A model generated the notes under the pieces. The model did no database searches. It saw only the letters and a program-made list of their open reading frames with translations, and had not been told where the DNA came from. Shown here piece by piece: positions 8,956 to 18,376 of a stretch of DNA of 56,279 nucleotides (position 1 is its first letter; every line of letters begins with the position of its first letter). This DNA is from a virus (Duplodnaviria > Caudoviricetes), in IMG/VR virus record IMGVR_UViG_3300027365_000016, positions 1 through 56,279 of that record; one strand, written 5' to 3'. The position numbers were made by a program, and so were the translations under genes.

Positions 8956-10221
8956 GTGACTCCGACCGAGAACGAACACTCCCTTTACGGCCCGTCGGCG
9001 GCGCACCGCCGGATCGCCTGCCGCGGCTCGGCCAGTGCCGAGCGCGGGGTGCCGGAGGAGACCAGCGAAGAGTCGGCAGACGGTAGTGCCCACCACGCCG
9101 TCCTCGAGCAGGTGCTGCTCGGCAAGGGCAACGCGTTCGCGCACGTCACGAAAGAGTTCACCTACGGCGAGCACACCATCCGCATCGACCGGGATAGGGC
9201 ACGCGTCGTCCAGGCGGTGGCCGACCGGGTCGACGAGGTCAACGGCACGGTCTACCCCGAGGTTCGCGTGTCTCTGGCGGCCTGGATTCCCGGCCAGTTC
9301 GGGACCTCGGACATCGCGATTCGCCGCCCCGACAGCCTGCGTATCCGCGATGCCAAGTTCGGCCGCGGCGCCATCGTCCTCGCCAAGCGCAACCCGCAGT
9401 GCATGCTCTACGCCGCCGGGTTCTGGGATTCCGTGCTGCGCGAGGATCCTGACGTCGACCCGGACTGGCTTGCCCGCCTGGAGGCCGGCGAGATCCCCGT
9501 GCTGCTGGAGATCGACCAGCCGTACCGCGGCAACTTCGACGTCTGGGAGACCACGCTCCCCGAAATCCTGCGCTTCGCCGAAGAATACGTGGCCGTTTAC
9601 CACGAGGCCGAGCAGCCGGATGCGCCGCGCACCGCCGGGCCCAGCCAATGCGAATACTGCAAGGCCAAGCCCACCTGCAAACCGTTCACCGACTACTGCC
9701 TGGATGCCCTTGGAATGTCGACCGACGACCTGGACCTCGACCTCGACGAGATCAAGCAGACCCGGCTCAACCCCGACACGCTGACCGCCGAGCAACGAGC
9801 ACGGCTCTACCAGGCCAAGGGGCTGATCACCAAGCTGCTCGACATCACCGAAGAGACGCTGCGCCACGACTATATGGCCGGCAAGCCCACCGGGGGCATG
9901 AAGCTGATTCCCGGGCGCTCGCTGCGCGTCTGGCATGACGAGGACGAGGCCCGTGCGGCGCTGACCAAGCGCTTCAAGAAGGAAGAGGTGATCAAGGAAT
10001 CGCTGATCTCGCCGGCCAAGGCCCTCGATCTCGCCGGCCCGCGCGTCGTCAAGAAGATCGAGCCGCTGATCACCACCCGCGAAAGCAAGCCCTCGATCGT
10101 CCCCGAGGACCACAAGACCCCGGGTCTGACCCGCACCGTCGACGTGTTCGACGACCTGGACGCCGACCTCGACGGTTTCGACATGGCCGCCGACCTCGAC
10201 GACTTCTCACTGGATCTCTAA
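8956..10221 (+). CDS. DUF2800 PD-(D/E)XK (Cas4-like) exonuclease
   Basis: HSLYGPSAAHR..C, FGTSD, IRDAKFGRG, NPQCMLYA, CEYCKAKPTC; GTG start after GAGGT. Confidence 0.85.
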   Translation: MTPTENEHSLYGPSAAHRRIACRGSASAERGVPEETSEESADGSAHHAVLEQVLLGKGNAFAHVTKEFTYGEHTIRIDRDRARVVQAVADRVDEVNGTVYPEVRVSLAAWIPGQFGTSDIAIRRPDSLRIRDAKFGRGAIVLAKRNPQCMLYAAGFWDSVLREDPDVDPDWLARLEAGEIPVLLEIDQPYRGNFDVWETTLPEILRFAEEYVAVYHEAEQPDAPRTAGPSQCEYCKAKPTCKPFTDYCLDALGMSTDDLDLDLDEIKQTRLNPDTLTAEQRARLYQAKGLITKLLDITEETLRHDYMAGKPTGGMKLIPGRSLRVWHDEDEARAALTKRFKKEEVIKESLISPAKALDLAGPRVVKKIEPLITTRESKPSIVPEDHKTPGLTRTVDVFDDLDADLDGFDMAADLDDFSLDL

Positions 10222-10233
10222 GGAGCCGACATC

Positions 10234-10878
10234 ATGGCCGACAAGCAATCCAACCCCACGCAAGTCATTCTCAAGAATGTTCGCCTGTCCTTTCCACGCC
10301 TGTTCAAAGCCGAGGCGAGCGTGGAGGGCAGCGACCCCAAGTTCTCCGCCGGCTTCCTGATGGACCCTACCACCGACATCGGCAAGGCCAACTACCAGGC
10401 CTGCGCCCGCGCGGTGAAGCACGTCTCCCAGCAGGAGTGGGGCGACGAGAACTTCTACAAGAAGATCAAGGCCGACCGTATCGCCCTGGCCAACGGCAAC
10501 GACCAGACCAACCAGGAGACCGGCGAGGTCTACCCCGGCTACGAGGGCCAGAAGGTCGTCAAAGGAACCAGCAAGAAGCGCCCGCAGGTCGTTGATCGCC
10601 GGCGCAGCCCGGTCACCGAGGAGGACAACCTCTTCTACGGCGGCTGCCGCGTCAACGCGGTGATCCGCTTCTACGCCGTGAAGGGCAAGGAGAAGGGCGG
10701 CAACGGTATTTTCGCCAGTCTCGAGGCGGTGCAGTTCTACCGCGACGACGAAGCGTTCGGCGCCGGCCCGGTCGATCCGGATAGCGTCTTCGACGATCTG
10801 GGCGACGACTTCGGCGACGACGGGGATGGCGGTCTCGGCGACGGTCTCGACGAGGAAGAGGGCGGCCTCGACCTCTGA
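10234..10878 (+). CDS. DUF2815 / T7 gp2.5-like single-stranded DNA-binding protein
   Basis: NVRLSFPRLF, FYGGCRVNA, LEAVQF, acidic C-terminal tail. Confidence 0.85.
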   Translation: MADKQSNPTQVILKNVRLSFPRLFKAEASVEGSDPKFSAGFLMDPTTDIGKANYQACARAVKHVSQQEWGDENFYKKIKADRIALANGNDQTNQETGEVYPGYEGQKVVKGTSKKRPQVVDRRRSPVTEEDNLFYGGCRVNAVIRFYAVKGKEKGGNGIFASLEAVQFYRDDEAFGAGPVDPDSVFDDLGDDFGDDGDGGLGDGLDEEEGGLDL

Positions 10879-10893
10879 GCCGATCCTGGACGG

Positions 10894-10916
10894 CGGCCCC
10901 TGCGGGGGCCGTTTCT
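10894..10916 (+). terminator. weak intrinsic terminator
   Basis: CGGCCCC-TGCG-GGGGCCG-TTTCT. Confidence 0.6.
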
Positions 10917-10940
10917 CTGCCCGACCGACGAGACGACGCC

Positions 10941-13070
10941 ATGCCTGCACCCTCCCCCTGTGAAACTCGCGAGCGCTTCCTCGCCGCGCTCGATCGCATG
11001 CGGCTCTGGGGCGTGCCCGAACTCCACGCCGACACCTCCTGGGACTTCGAGACCTTCTCCGAGGCCGACCTCAAGAAAGTCGGCGGCTCGCGCTACGCCC
11101 GCCATCCCTCGACCGAGGTGCTTATGCTCTCGGTACGTACCGATGAGGAGGAGGTGCAGTGGGTCCCCGCCGAAGGCGAAGAGTGCCCCGACCGTATTCT
11201 GACCTGGCTTCTCGACCCCACCACCCGCAAGCAGGCCTGGAACGCCCGGTTCGAGCTCGACATTTTCGAGCATGTCCTCGGCTACCGGCCGCCGCTCGAG
11301 GAGTGGAAGTGCGTGATGGTGATGGCCGCCTCGCTGTCGCTGCCGATGGACCTGGCCACCGCCGGCGTGGTCCTGCGGATCCCCGAGGAACATCTCAAGA
11401 TCAAGGACGGCAAACGCCTGATCAAGAAGTTCTCGGCCCCGCGCAAACCGACGAAGAAGGACAAGCGCACGCGCTGGCAGCCGGAGGACGACCCCGAGGA
11501 CTGGGCCAACTACAAGACCTACAACCGAGGCGACACTCTGACCGAACGGATGGCACTGCGCCGGATGCGCAAGTGGGACATGCCTGAGCACGAATGGGAC
11601 CTCTGGCGCATCGACCAGGAGATCAACGCCGCCGGCATCCCGATCAATCGCCGGATGGTCGAGAACGCGATCCGCATCTACAACGACGTCTATGCCGACC
11701 GCATCGAGCGGATGAAGCAGATCACCGGCCTCGACAACCCCAACAGCCAGCAGCAGTTGCTCCCCTGGCTGCAGACACGCGGCTACCCGTGGGAAGACCT
11801 CAAGAAGGGCCACGTCAAGCGCGCGATCCAGGAGGCGGACACCTACGGCTTCGACGAGGCGACTCGCCGCGTGCTGGTGATGCGCTCCGAGATCAGCCGT
11901 ACCTCGGTCAAGAAATACCCGGCACTGCTCGAGGCCTTGGACGACGACGACCGGCTGCGCGGCTGCCTGCAGTTCTGCGGTGCCGGACGCACCTGGCGCT
12001 GGTCGGGGCGGCGTTTCCAGCCGCAGAACCTCGCGCGGCCGACCAAGGAGTATGAGGATCGCATCCACTACGCCGCGGACATGGTCGAGAACTCCTGTGC
12101 CTGGGCGATCGAGCAGATGCACGACACGCCCATCGACCTGCTGTCGTCGTGTGTACGCAGCGCGGTGCAGGCGCCGCCGGGCTGGGAGTTTCAGGACGCC
12201 GACCTCAACGCCATCGAAAACCGCGTGCTCGGCTGGGTCGCCTACTGCGACAAGATCCTGCAGGTCTTCCGCGACGGCAAGTGCCCCTACGTTTCTTTTG
12301 CCACCTACATGTACGGCACGCCCTACGACGTGCTCTTCGCCGAGTACAAGGGCGGCGACAAGTCCAAGCGCACCATCGCCAAGCCGGCGGTACTCGGCGC
12401 TGGCTACATGCTCAGCGGCGGCTTCGAGAAGGAGAACAGGAAGACCGGCGAGATCGAGCGCACCGGCCTCTGGGGGTACGCCTACAGCATGGGCATCGAC
12501 ATGACCCAGGAGCAGGCCAACGACTCGGTGACCATCTTCCGCGAGACCTACTCCGAGGTCGTCGAGACCTGGTGGGCGCTGGACCGCGCCGTGCGTCAGG
12601 TGATCACCACCGGCCAGCCGCTGCGCGTGGGCCGGGTGGTCATCGACAAGTCCGGCCCTTTCATGCGGATCGTCCTGCCCAGCGGTCGGGCGCTCCACTA
12701 CCTGCGTCCCAAGTTGTTGCAGAAACCGACGCCGTGGGGCGCGCTGCGCTGGCAGGTGACCTACGAGGGCAAGGATCAGGTCACCGGCAAATGGACCCGG
12801 ATCAGCACGCACCCGGGCAAGATCGTCGAGAACATCGTCCAGGCGATCGCCCGCGACCTGCTGGCCCACGGCATCAAGCTGGCCCACCGCAAGCACGGCC
12901 TGCGCATCGTGCTCCACGTTCACGACGAAATCCTCACCATGGCCGGCGCCACCGAGTCCAACGAGACCCTGGAAATTCTCACCGCCTGCATGGCCGATCA
13001 CCCGGCCTGGGCGGAGGACCTGCCGCTGGCCGCCGAAGGCTTCACCGAAACCCTGTTCAAGAAGGACTGA
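10941..13070 (+). CDS. DNA polymerase family A
   Basis: Exo DFETFS, motif A DLNAIENRV, motif B KPAVLGAGY, ENIVQAIARD, motif C VHDEI. Confidence 0.95.
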   Translation: MPAPSPCETRERFLAALDRMRLWGVPELHADTSWDFETFSEADLKKVGGSRYARHPSTEVLMLSVRTDEEEVQWVPAEGEECPDRILTWLLDPTTRKQAWNARFELDIFEHVLGYRPPLEEWKCVMVMAASLSLPMDLATAGVVLRIPEEHLKIKDGKRLIKKFSAPRKPTKKDKRTRWQPEDDPEDWANYKTYNRGDTLTERMALRRMRKWDMPEHEWDLWRIDQEINAAGIPINRRMVENAIRIYNDVYADRIERMKQITGLDNPNSQQQLLPWLQTRGYPWEDLKKGHVKRAIQEADTYGFDEATRRVLVMRSEISRTSVKKYPALLEALDDDDRLRGCLQFCGAGRTWRWSGRRFQPQNLARPTKEYEDRIHYAADMVENSCAWAIEQMHDTPIDLLSSCVRSAVQAPPGWEFQDADLNAIENRVLGWVAYCDKILQVFRDGKCPYVSFATYMYGTPYDVLFAEYKGGDKSKRTIAKPAVLGAGYMLSGGFEKENRKTGEIERTGLWGYAYSMGIDMTQEQANDSVTIFRETYSEVVETWWALDRAVRQVITTGQPLRVGRVVIDKSGPFMRIVLPSGRALHYLRPKLLQKPTPWGALRWQVTYEGKDQVTGKWTRISTHPGKIVENIVQAIARDLLAHGIKLAHRKHGLRIVLHVHDEILTMAGATESNETLEILTACMADHPAWAEDLPLAAEGFTETLFKKD

Positions 13071-13073
13071 GAG

Positions 13074-13352
13074 ATGGCCGACCTACTCGAACTGCAGATC
13101 GAGAACCCCGTCGTCAAGGCGGCGAAGGAGAACGGTTTCAAGGTGCGCAAGGTCTGCTGGTTCGGCGGCCGCAACGCCCCGGATCGGCTGTTCATGAAGC
13201 CCGGTCGCGGCTTCTTCGTCGAGTTCAAGGCGCCGGGTGAGACGCCCCGCCCCGGGCAGGAGCGTGAGATCGCCCGGATGCGCGCTGCCGGCTTCGAGGT
13301 GCATGTGATCGACGACCTGGAAGAGGGGTTGCGCCTTGTCACTCAAGACTGA
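13074..13352 (+). CDS. VRR-NUC nuclease
   Basis: APDRLF...FVEFKAPG..PRPGQ. Confidence 0.9.
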   Translation: MADLLELQIENPVVKAAKENGFKVRKVCWFGGRNAPDRLFMKPGRGFFVEFKAPGETPRPGQEREIARMRAAGFEVHVIDDLEEGLRLVTQD

Positions 13353-14745
13353 GGACATGCTGCTGCCTCACCAGGAGAAGATGATCCGCTTCTCGCTGGC
13401 CAACCGTCATTGCGCGCTCTGGGCCGGCATGGGGCTGTTCAAGACCGTGTCGACCCTGACCGCGCTGCGCACCATGCTGGTCAGCGGCGACACCGAACGC
13501 ATCCTCGTCACCGCGCCCAAGCTGGTCGCCGAGGAGACTTGGCCCGACGAGCTCGACGAGTGGGAGCATCTGCGCGGGCTGCGCTACCAGCGGCTGACCG
13601 GGCCGCTCAAGCGGCGTACCGACGCGCTCGAAAGCACGGCGCCGATCCACATCATCAACCACGAAAACCTGGTCTGGTTGTGGAAGCACCTCGGCAAGGA
13701 TCGCTGGCCCTACGACACCATCGTCATCGACGAGTCGAGCCGCGGCTACAAGAACCCGCGTCGCTACAATCAGAAGAAGCTGCCGCCGAAACCCGGCGGG
13801 CCCAAGGTCAAACGCACGCTGACCCGCTTCGGGGCGGCGGTGAACATCCGCTCGCTGCCGGTCAACCACCGGATCATCGAGCTCACCGGCACGCCGGCGC
13901 CCAACGGCTACCAGGATCTCTGGAGCCAGATCTATCTCCTCGACCAGGGCGAGCGTCTGGGCCGCACCTACGAGGCCTTCAAGCAGGCCTACTTCATCGA
14001 GAACCCGTTTTCCTACGACATCCAGCCCCGGCCCGGCGCCGAGGCCGAAATCGACGCCAAGATCGCCGACATCGTGATTTCGCTGTCGGAGGAGGATCAC
14101 CTCAACCTGCCCGAGCGCATCTACCAGAATGTTGTCGTCCGGCTTCCTGCCAAGGCGCAGGAGCAGTACGACTACATGCGCCGGCACTTCGTCATGGAGC
14201 ACTACGACGACGTCGAGGCCGTGAACTCGGGAGTGCTGACCAACAAGCTGCTGCAGCTCGCCAACGGCTCGGTCTACAGCGACACTGGCGAGGACCACCC
14301 GATCCACGAGGCCAAGCTGGAGGCGCTGGCCCGGATCATCGAGGACGCGGAAGCCGAGGGGGAGCAGGTACTGGTGGCCTACTCCTTCGAGTTTGATAAG
14401 GCGCGGATCCGCAAGCGCTTCCCCAAGGCGGTGATCCTCGGCGAGGACAAGGATGCGATCCGCAAGTGGAAGGCCCGCAAGGCCGGCGTCATGCTCTGCC
14501 ACCCGGCGAGTGCGGGGCACGGCCTCAATCTGCAGAAGGGCGGCCGGCTATGCGTCTGGTACGGGCTGACCTGGGATCTCGAACTCTACCTGCAACTCAA
14601 CAAACGGTTGCACCGCGGCGAACAATCCCAACCTGTTATTATCAAGCATATTATTGCGGAGAAAACCGAGGACGAACGCGTACTTCCGGTGCTCCGCGGC
14701 AAGAATGCCACTCAAGAAAGTCTTAGACGGGCCGTTCGGTGGTAG
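13336..14745 (+). CDS. SNF2-family helicase
   Basis: MGLFKT, VIDESS, LTGTP, SAGHGLNLQ, QLNKRLHR. Confidence 0.9.
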   Translation: MSLKTEDMLLPHQEKMIRFSLANRHCALWAGMGLFKTVSTLTALRTMLVSGDTERILVTAPKLVAEETWPDELDEWEHLRGLRYQRLTGPLKRRTDALESTAPIHIINHENLVWLWKHLGKDRWPYDTIVIDESSRGYKNPRRYNQKKLPPKPGGPKVKRTLTRFGAAVNIRSLPVNHRIIELTGTPAPNGYQDLWSQIYLLDQGERLGRTYEAFKQAYFIENPFSYDIQPRPGAEAEIDAKIADIVISLSEEDHLNLPERIYQNVVVRLPAKAQEQYDYMRRHFVMEHYDDVEAVNSGVLTNKLLQLANGSVYSDTGEDHPIHEAKLEALARIIEDAEAEGEQVLVAYSFEFDKARIRKRFPKAVILGEDKDAIRKWKARKAGVMLCHPASAGHGLNLQKGGRLCVWYGLTWDLELYLQLNKRLHRGEQSQPVIIKHIIAEKTEDERVLPVLRGKNATQESLRRAVRW

Positions 14746-14820
14746 GTTATTTTCGTACTTATTAACGTCCGCTGATTGATTTTTCAACCGTACTCTATCA
14801 ACATTAGGTTGACAGTCGTC

Positions 14821-15528
14821 ATGGAGCGAAAAGTAATGACCGAGCCGAAACACCGAGATTTCGCCGATCGCCTGAAACAGGCGTGCGACGGAAACCCCGA
14901 TGTGCCCGCGCCCTATCGTGGTCGACAGTCCTGGGTCGCGGAAAAACTCAAGATCAGCCACGAAGCCAGTCGCAAATGGTTCGCCGGCCTGTCCCGCCCG
15001 CGTTCCGACAAGATGCGTGAACTCGCGAAGCTGCTCAACGTCGATGAGGCCTGGCTGGCACTCGGCCAGACACCGACGCTGGATCCGCGCGAGCGCAGAG
15101 CCCAAGCCAACGCGGCGTCCGGGGCCGTCGAGGTCGTCGCCGGGCTGGTCGAACTCAACGGCGGTAAAGTTGCTTTTCCGCGCGACGACGATCCGCAGCG
15201 CGGCTTCGTCCACTTCCACGCGATCATCGACGGGGTCTGGTCGTCGTTCCACATCGCGTTGGGCAAGCCGGTCGATGATAATCACTACCGCTTCGACGTG
15301 CCGGCGGAACACGAGCGCTGCACGGTGCTGGGGTTTATCCACTCGCGCCCGCTGCGCCCTCAGTTGATCCGGATGGCCCCCGAGTTGGTCAACCGGCACG
15401 GCATCAACCACGGTGGCTACATCGAGATCACCGTCGCCAGCGACGACGGGCTCTATACCACCGGCGAGGATACCTGGCCGCGCGTCGTCTCGTTCTCCGG
15501 GGTGACCGACAAGCAGGGGGTCGCGTAA
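14821..15528 (+). CDS. repressor-like protein with N-terminal XRE HTH
   Basis: FADRLKQAC...ISHEASRKWFAG..RPR...LAKLLNVDEAWL; operator immediately upstream (14798-14812). Confidence 0.8.
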   Translation: MERKVMTEPKHRDFADRLKQACDGNPDVPAPYRGRQSWVAEKLKISHEASRKWFAGLSRPRSDKMRELAKLLNVDEAWLALGQTPTLDPRERRAQANAASGAVEVVAGLVELNGGKVAFPRDDDPQRGFVHFHAIIDGVWSSFHIALGKPVDDNHYRFDVPAEHERCTVLGFIHSRPLRPQLIRMAPELVNRHGINHGGYIEITVASDDGLYTTGEDTWPRVVSFSGVTDKQGVA

Positions 15529-15530
15529 CG

Positions 15531-15558
15531 CCCTCGCGCTCGGCGCGAGGGTTGTTTT
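15531..15558 (+). terminator. intrinsic terminator after the repressor
   Basis: CCCTCGCGC-TCG-GCGCGAGGG-TTGTTTT. Confidence 0.7.
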
Positions 15559-15621
15559 CAACTAGACGGTGCTGATTCAACCGGTAAACTGGGTGTGTCC
15601 ACGCAGCCAGGGGATACCGGC

Positions 15622-16035
15622 ATGCCTCGATACAGCGAGACCTCCCGCGCCCGTCTCGACACCTGCCACCGGGACCTCCGAGCCATCTTCGATGAAGTGA
15701 TCCAGCACTTCGACCACACCATCGTTGTCGGTCATCGTTCCCGGGAAGACCAGAACCGCGCCTACGCGGAGGGCAAGTCGCAACTACGCTGGCCCGACAG
15801 CAAGCACAATGGCTCACCGAGCATGGCGGTCGACGTCGTGCCGTACCCCATCGACTGGTCGGATCGCGAGCGCATGACGCTGTTCGCGGGCTACGTCATT
15901 GGTGTGGCCGACCAACTCTTTGATCTCGGCACCATTCAGCACCGCATTCGCTGGGGCGGCGACTGGGACCGGGATAGCCAGACCTGCGACAACTCCTTCG
16001 ACGACCTGGCTCACTTCGAGCTCGCGAAACCCTGA
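15622..16035 (+). CDS. endolysin, peptidase M15 (L-Ala-D-Glu peptidase type)
   Basis: GHRS..DQ, SKH....MAVD, WGGDW, DLAHFEL zinc motifs. Confidence 0.9.
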   Translation: MPRYSETSRARLDTCHRDLRAIFDEVIQHFDHTIVVGHRSREDQNRAYAEGKSQLRWPDSKHNGSPSMAVDVVPYPIDWSDRERMTLFAGYVIGVADQLFDLGTIQHRIRWGGDWDRDSQTCDNSFDDLAHFELAKP

Positions 16036-16065
16036 ATCGCTAGGCAGGCGTGCCCGCGACGGTTG

Positions 16066-16091
16066 CCCCGGCCTTGTGCCGGGGATTTTTT
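16066..16091 (+). terminator. intrinsic terminator after the endolysin
   Basis: CCCCGGC-CTTGT-GCCGGGG-ATTTTTT. Confidence 0.75.
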
Positions 16092-16142
16092 GCTCGTATG
16101 ATTCAACTAAAAGTTGATAATTATCTATTCGAGAGCTCATCC

Positions 16143-16601
16143 ATGCACCACCCCGAGTACATCGCCGACTGGGATGACTTCTACCTGGGCTTGGCGCGCT
16201 ACATGGCTCGCAAGTCCAAGGACCCGTCGACGCAGGTCGGCGCGGTCATCGTGCGCCCGGATCGTACCGTCGCCTCGGTCGGCTACAACGGGTTGCCCCG
16301 GGGCATCGCCGATAGTCCCGCCCGCCTGGAAAACCGCGAGCTCAAGCTGCAGTTGATCCGCCACGCCGAGGCCAATGCCTGCGCCTTCGCCCGCGAACCG
16401 CTGGACGGTTGCACGCTCTACGTCTGGCCGATCCCGCCCTGCGCGCAGTGCGCCGCGGCGCTGGTCGCCCACGGCGTTCAGCGGGTCGTCGCCCCGGAGG
16501 TACCGCGCGAGTCGCGCTGGTGGGATTCGGCGATGCTCGGTGATCAGGTGCTGCGCGAGGCAGGGGTGGAGACTGAATGGAAGGAGCCCCGGACGCCATG
16601 A
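16143..16601 (+). CDS. dCMP deaminase
   Basis: SKDPSTQVGAVIV, GYNG, HAEANA, PCAQC. Confidence 0.92.
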   Translation: MHHPEYIADWDDFYLGLARYMARKSKDPSTQVGAVIVRPDRTVASVGYNGLPRGIADSPARLENRELKLQLIRHAEANACAFAREPLDGCTLYVWPIPPCAQCAAALVAHGVQRVVAPEVPRESRWWDSAMLGDQVLREAGVETEWKEPRTP

Positions 16602-17353
16602 GCGACCTCGACAACTTCGACCTCGACACGCCTCTCGGCGAGATGGAAAAGCCCAAGCGCAAGCCGGGCCGGCCGAAGAGTGCCCGAACGCTCGCCCGCG
16701 AGGCCCGCGAGGCCCGGAGCGAGGAAGCCGCACAGATCGAGCAGGCCCGCCGGGAGACCGACGATGGCTCGCTGCAGACGGCCTCGGCCTACGGCAACGT
16801 CGAGGCATTCCTCAAGCCGTTGACCGCCAGCCAACTCGGCCAGGTCTTCGGCATGGACCGCAAGACGGTGCAGATCCGCATGCGCAACTGTCCGGCGGTC
16901 GCCAAGACCTCGCGCGGCGCCTTTCTCTATGAGCTCCGCACGGCGGCGCAGTATCTGGTCGAGCCCAAGGTCGACGTCGAGGCCTACATCAAGAAGCTGC
17001 GACCCAACGACCTGCCGCCCTACCTGCACGACGCCTACTGGGCAGCGCTCGAGAAGCGCCAGAAAGTCGAACAGCGCGCCGGCGAGCTCTGGGAAACCGA
17101 GAAGGTGATCGAGGTCTACGGCGAACTCGCCAAGCGCATCAAGTCCTCGGTGACGCTCTGGACCGACCAACTCGAGCAGATCGAACGTCTCACCCCGGAG
17201 CAACGGAAATTCCTCACCGACAAGTGCGACGGCCTGCTGAGCATGGTCTTCGACGTCTTCACCAGCCTCCGCGACGAATCCGAGACCGGCAATCTCCAGG
17301 AGCGCTATCGGGCGGAGACCACCGGCGGCAAACAGGAGAAGTCCGATGAGTAG
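16598..17353 (+). CDS. terminase small subunit (DUF1441/Nu1-like)
   Basis: wHTH LGQVFGMDRKTV, DLPP...AYW, RAGELW; position before TerL. Confidence 0.8.
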   Translation: MSDLDNFDLDTPLGEMEKPKRKPGRPKSARTLAREAREARSEEAAQIEQARRETDDGSLQTASAYGNVEAFLKPLTASQLGQVFGMDRKTVQIRMRNCPAVAKTSRGAFLYELRTAAQYLVEPKVDVEAYIKKLRPNDLPPYLHDAYWAALEKRQKVEQRAGELWETEKVIEVYGELAKRIKSSVTLWTDQLEQIERLTPEQRKFLTDKCDGLLSMVFDVFTSLRDESETGNLQERYRAETTGGKQEKSDE

Positions 17354-18059
17354 AACGATCGACCGGTTCACCGGCGCCAACGCCTGGTTGAGCAACTTCG
17401 CCCCGGCACCCGTGGTCCTCGACGGCGAGACCTACCCGACGGTCGAGCACGCCTACCAGGCGGCCAAGTTCCGCGAGACCGCGATCCGCGACAAGCTGCG
17501 CAAGCTGCCGTCGCCGGGTAGCGCCAAACAGCAAGCCCGGCTCTGGCCGATCACCATCCCCGGCTGGGACGAGCGCCGCCTCGCGGTCATGGCCGACCTG
17601 CTGACCCAGAAGTTCGACCAGCAACGCTACGCGAGGCGGCTGCTGGATACCGGCGATGCCCGACTCATCGAGGGCAATCACTGGGGCGATGAGTTCTGGG
17701 GCGTGTGCAACGATCGCGGCGAGAACCATCTGGGCCGACTGCTGATGGAGCAGCGCGCCCGACTCGGCGGCACCGGCGTCATCGAACCGGTGCCCGCGAT
17801 CGACCTCAACGCCGACCTGGGCGATTTCGACCAGGATCTCGATGACCTCGCGGATCTGGGCATCGACTTCGATACCCCGCAGGAGGGCCCCTGGTATTTC
17901 CACCACCCGGAGTCGGACTGTGTCTGGCAGGAGACCGACTGGCGCGAGGCCGAGAACGTGCTCGAGGACGGACTGGTCATCGAGATCGACGAGACGGAGT
18001 ACCACCGCCTGAACGGCCGTTCCGAGGCTCACGATTTCGATCTCGAAGGCGGGCTATGA
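17346..18059 (+). CDS. NADAR (YbiA/DUF1768) hydrolase with acidic C-terminal extension
   Basis: LSNF, YPTVEHAYQAAKF, KF.Q, LLDTG, LIEGNHWGDEFWG, GENHLGRLLM. Confidence 0.9.
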   Translation: MSRTIDRFTGANAWLSNFAPAPVVLDGETYPTVEHAYQAAKFRETAIRDKLRKLPSPGSAKQQARLWPITIPGWDERRLAVMADLLTQKFDQQRYARRLLDTGDARLIEGNHWGDEFWGVCNDRGENHLGRLLMEQRARLGGTGVIEPVPAIDLNADLGDFDQDLDDLADLGIDFDTPQEGPWYFHHPESDCVWQETDWREAENVLEDGLVIEIDETEYHRLNGRSEAHDFDLEGGL

Positions 18060-18376
18060 CGGTCCTTAACTTGCGACAGGATCAGATCCCTCGGGAAGCC
18101 GTCTACATCGGCCGTCTCAGCAAGGGGCGCAGCCCATGGGGCAACCCTTTCATGATCGGCCGCGACGGCAATCGCGAGCAGGTGATCGAGGCCTATCGCC
18201 AGAAGCTATACGCCGACATCGAATCGGGGGCGATACCGCTCGAGCGACTGGCCGCGCTGGCGGACAAGGACCTGGTCTGCTTCTGTGCCCCGCAGGCGTG
18301 TCATGGCCATGTCCTCGAAGCGGCAGCGGCGTGGGCCAAAGAGATCCTGTCTTTCGATCTGGAGGCCCTGCCATGA
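18056..18376 (+). CDS. DUF4326 protein
   Basis: VYIGR...SPWGNPF, DLVCFCAPQACHGHVL. Confidence 0.85.
   Translation: MTVLNLRQDQIPREAVYIGRLSKGRSPWGNPFMIGRDGNREQVIEAYRQKLYADIESGAIPLERLAALADKDLVCFCAPQACHGHVLEAAAAWAKEILSFDLEALP

Noticed and set aside
8956-10221. Cas4 implying a CRISPR system
   Set aside because: DUF2800 nuclease in its normal phage replication context.
10737-13001. Long antisense ORFs (754 aa here; also 18442-20385, 38566-40110, 35815-37308, 13339-14520)
   Set aside because: Shadow frames of high-GC3 genes with no recognisable motifs.
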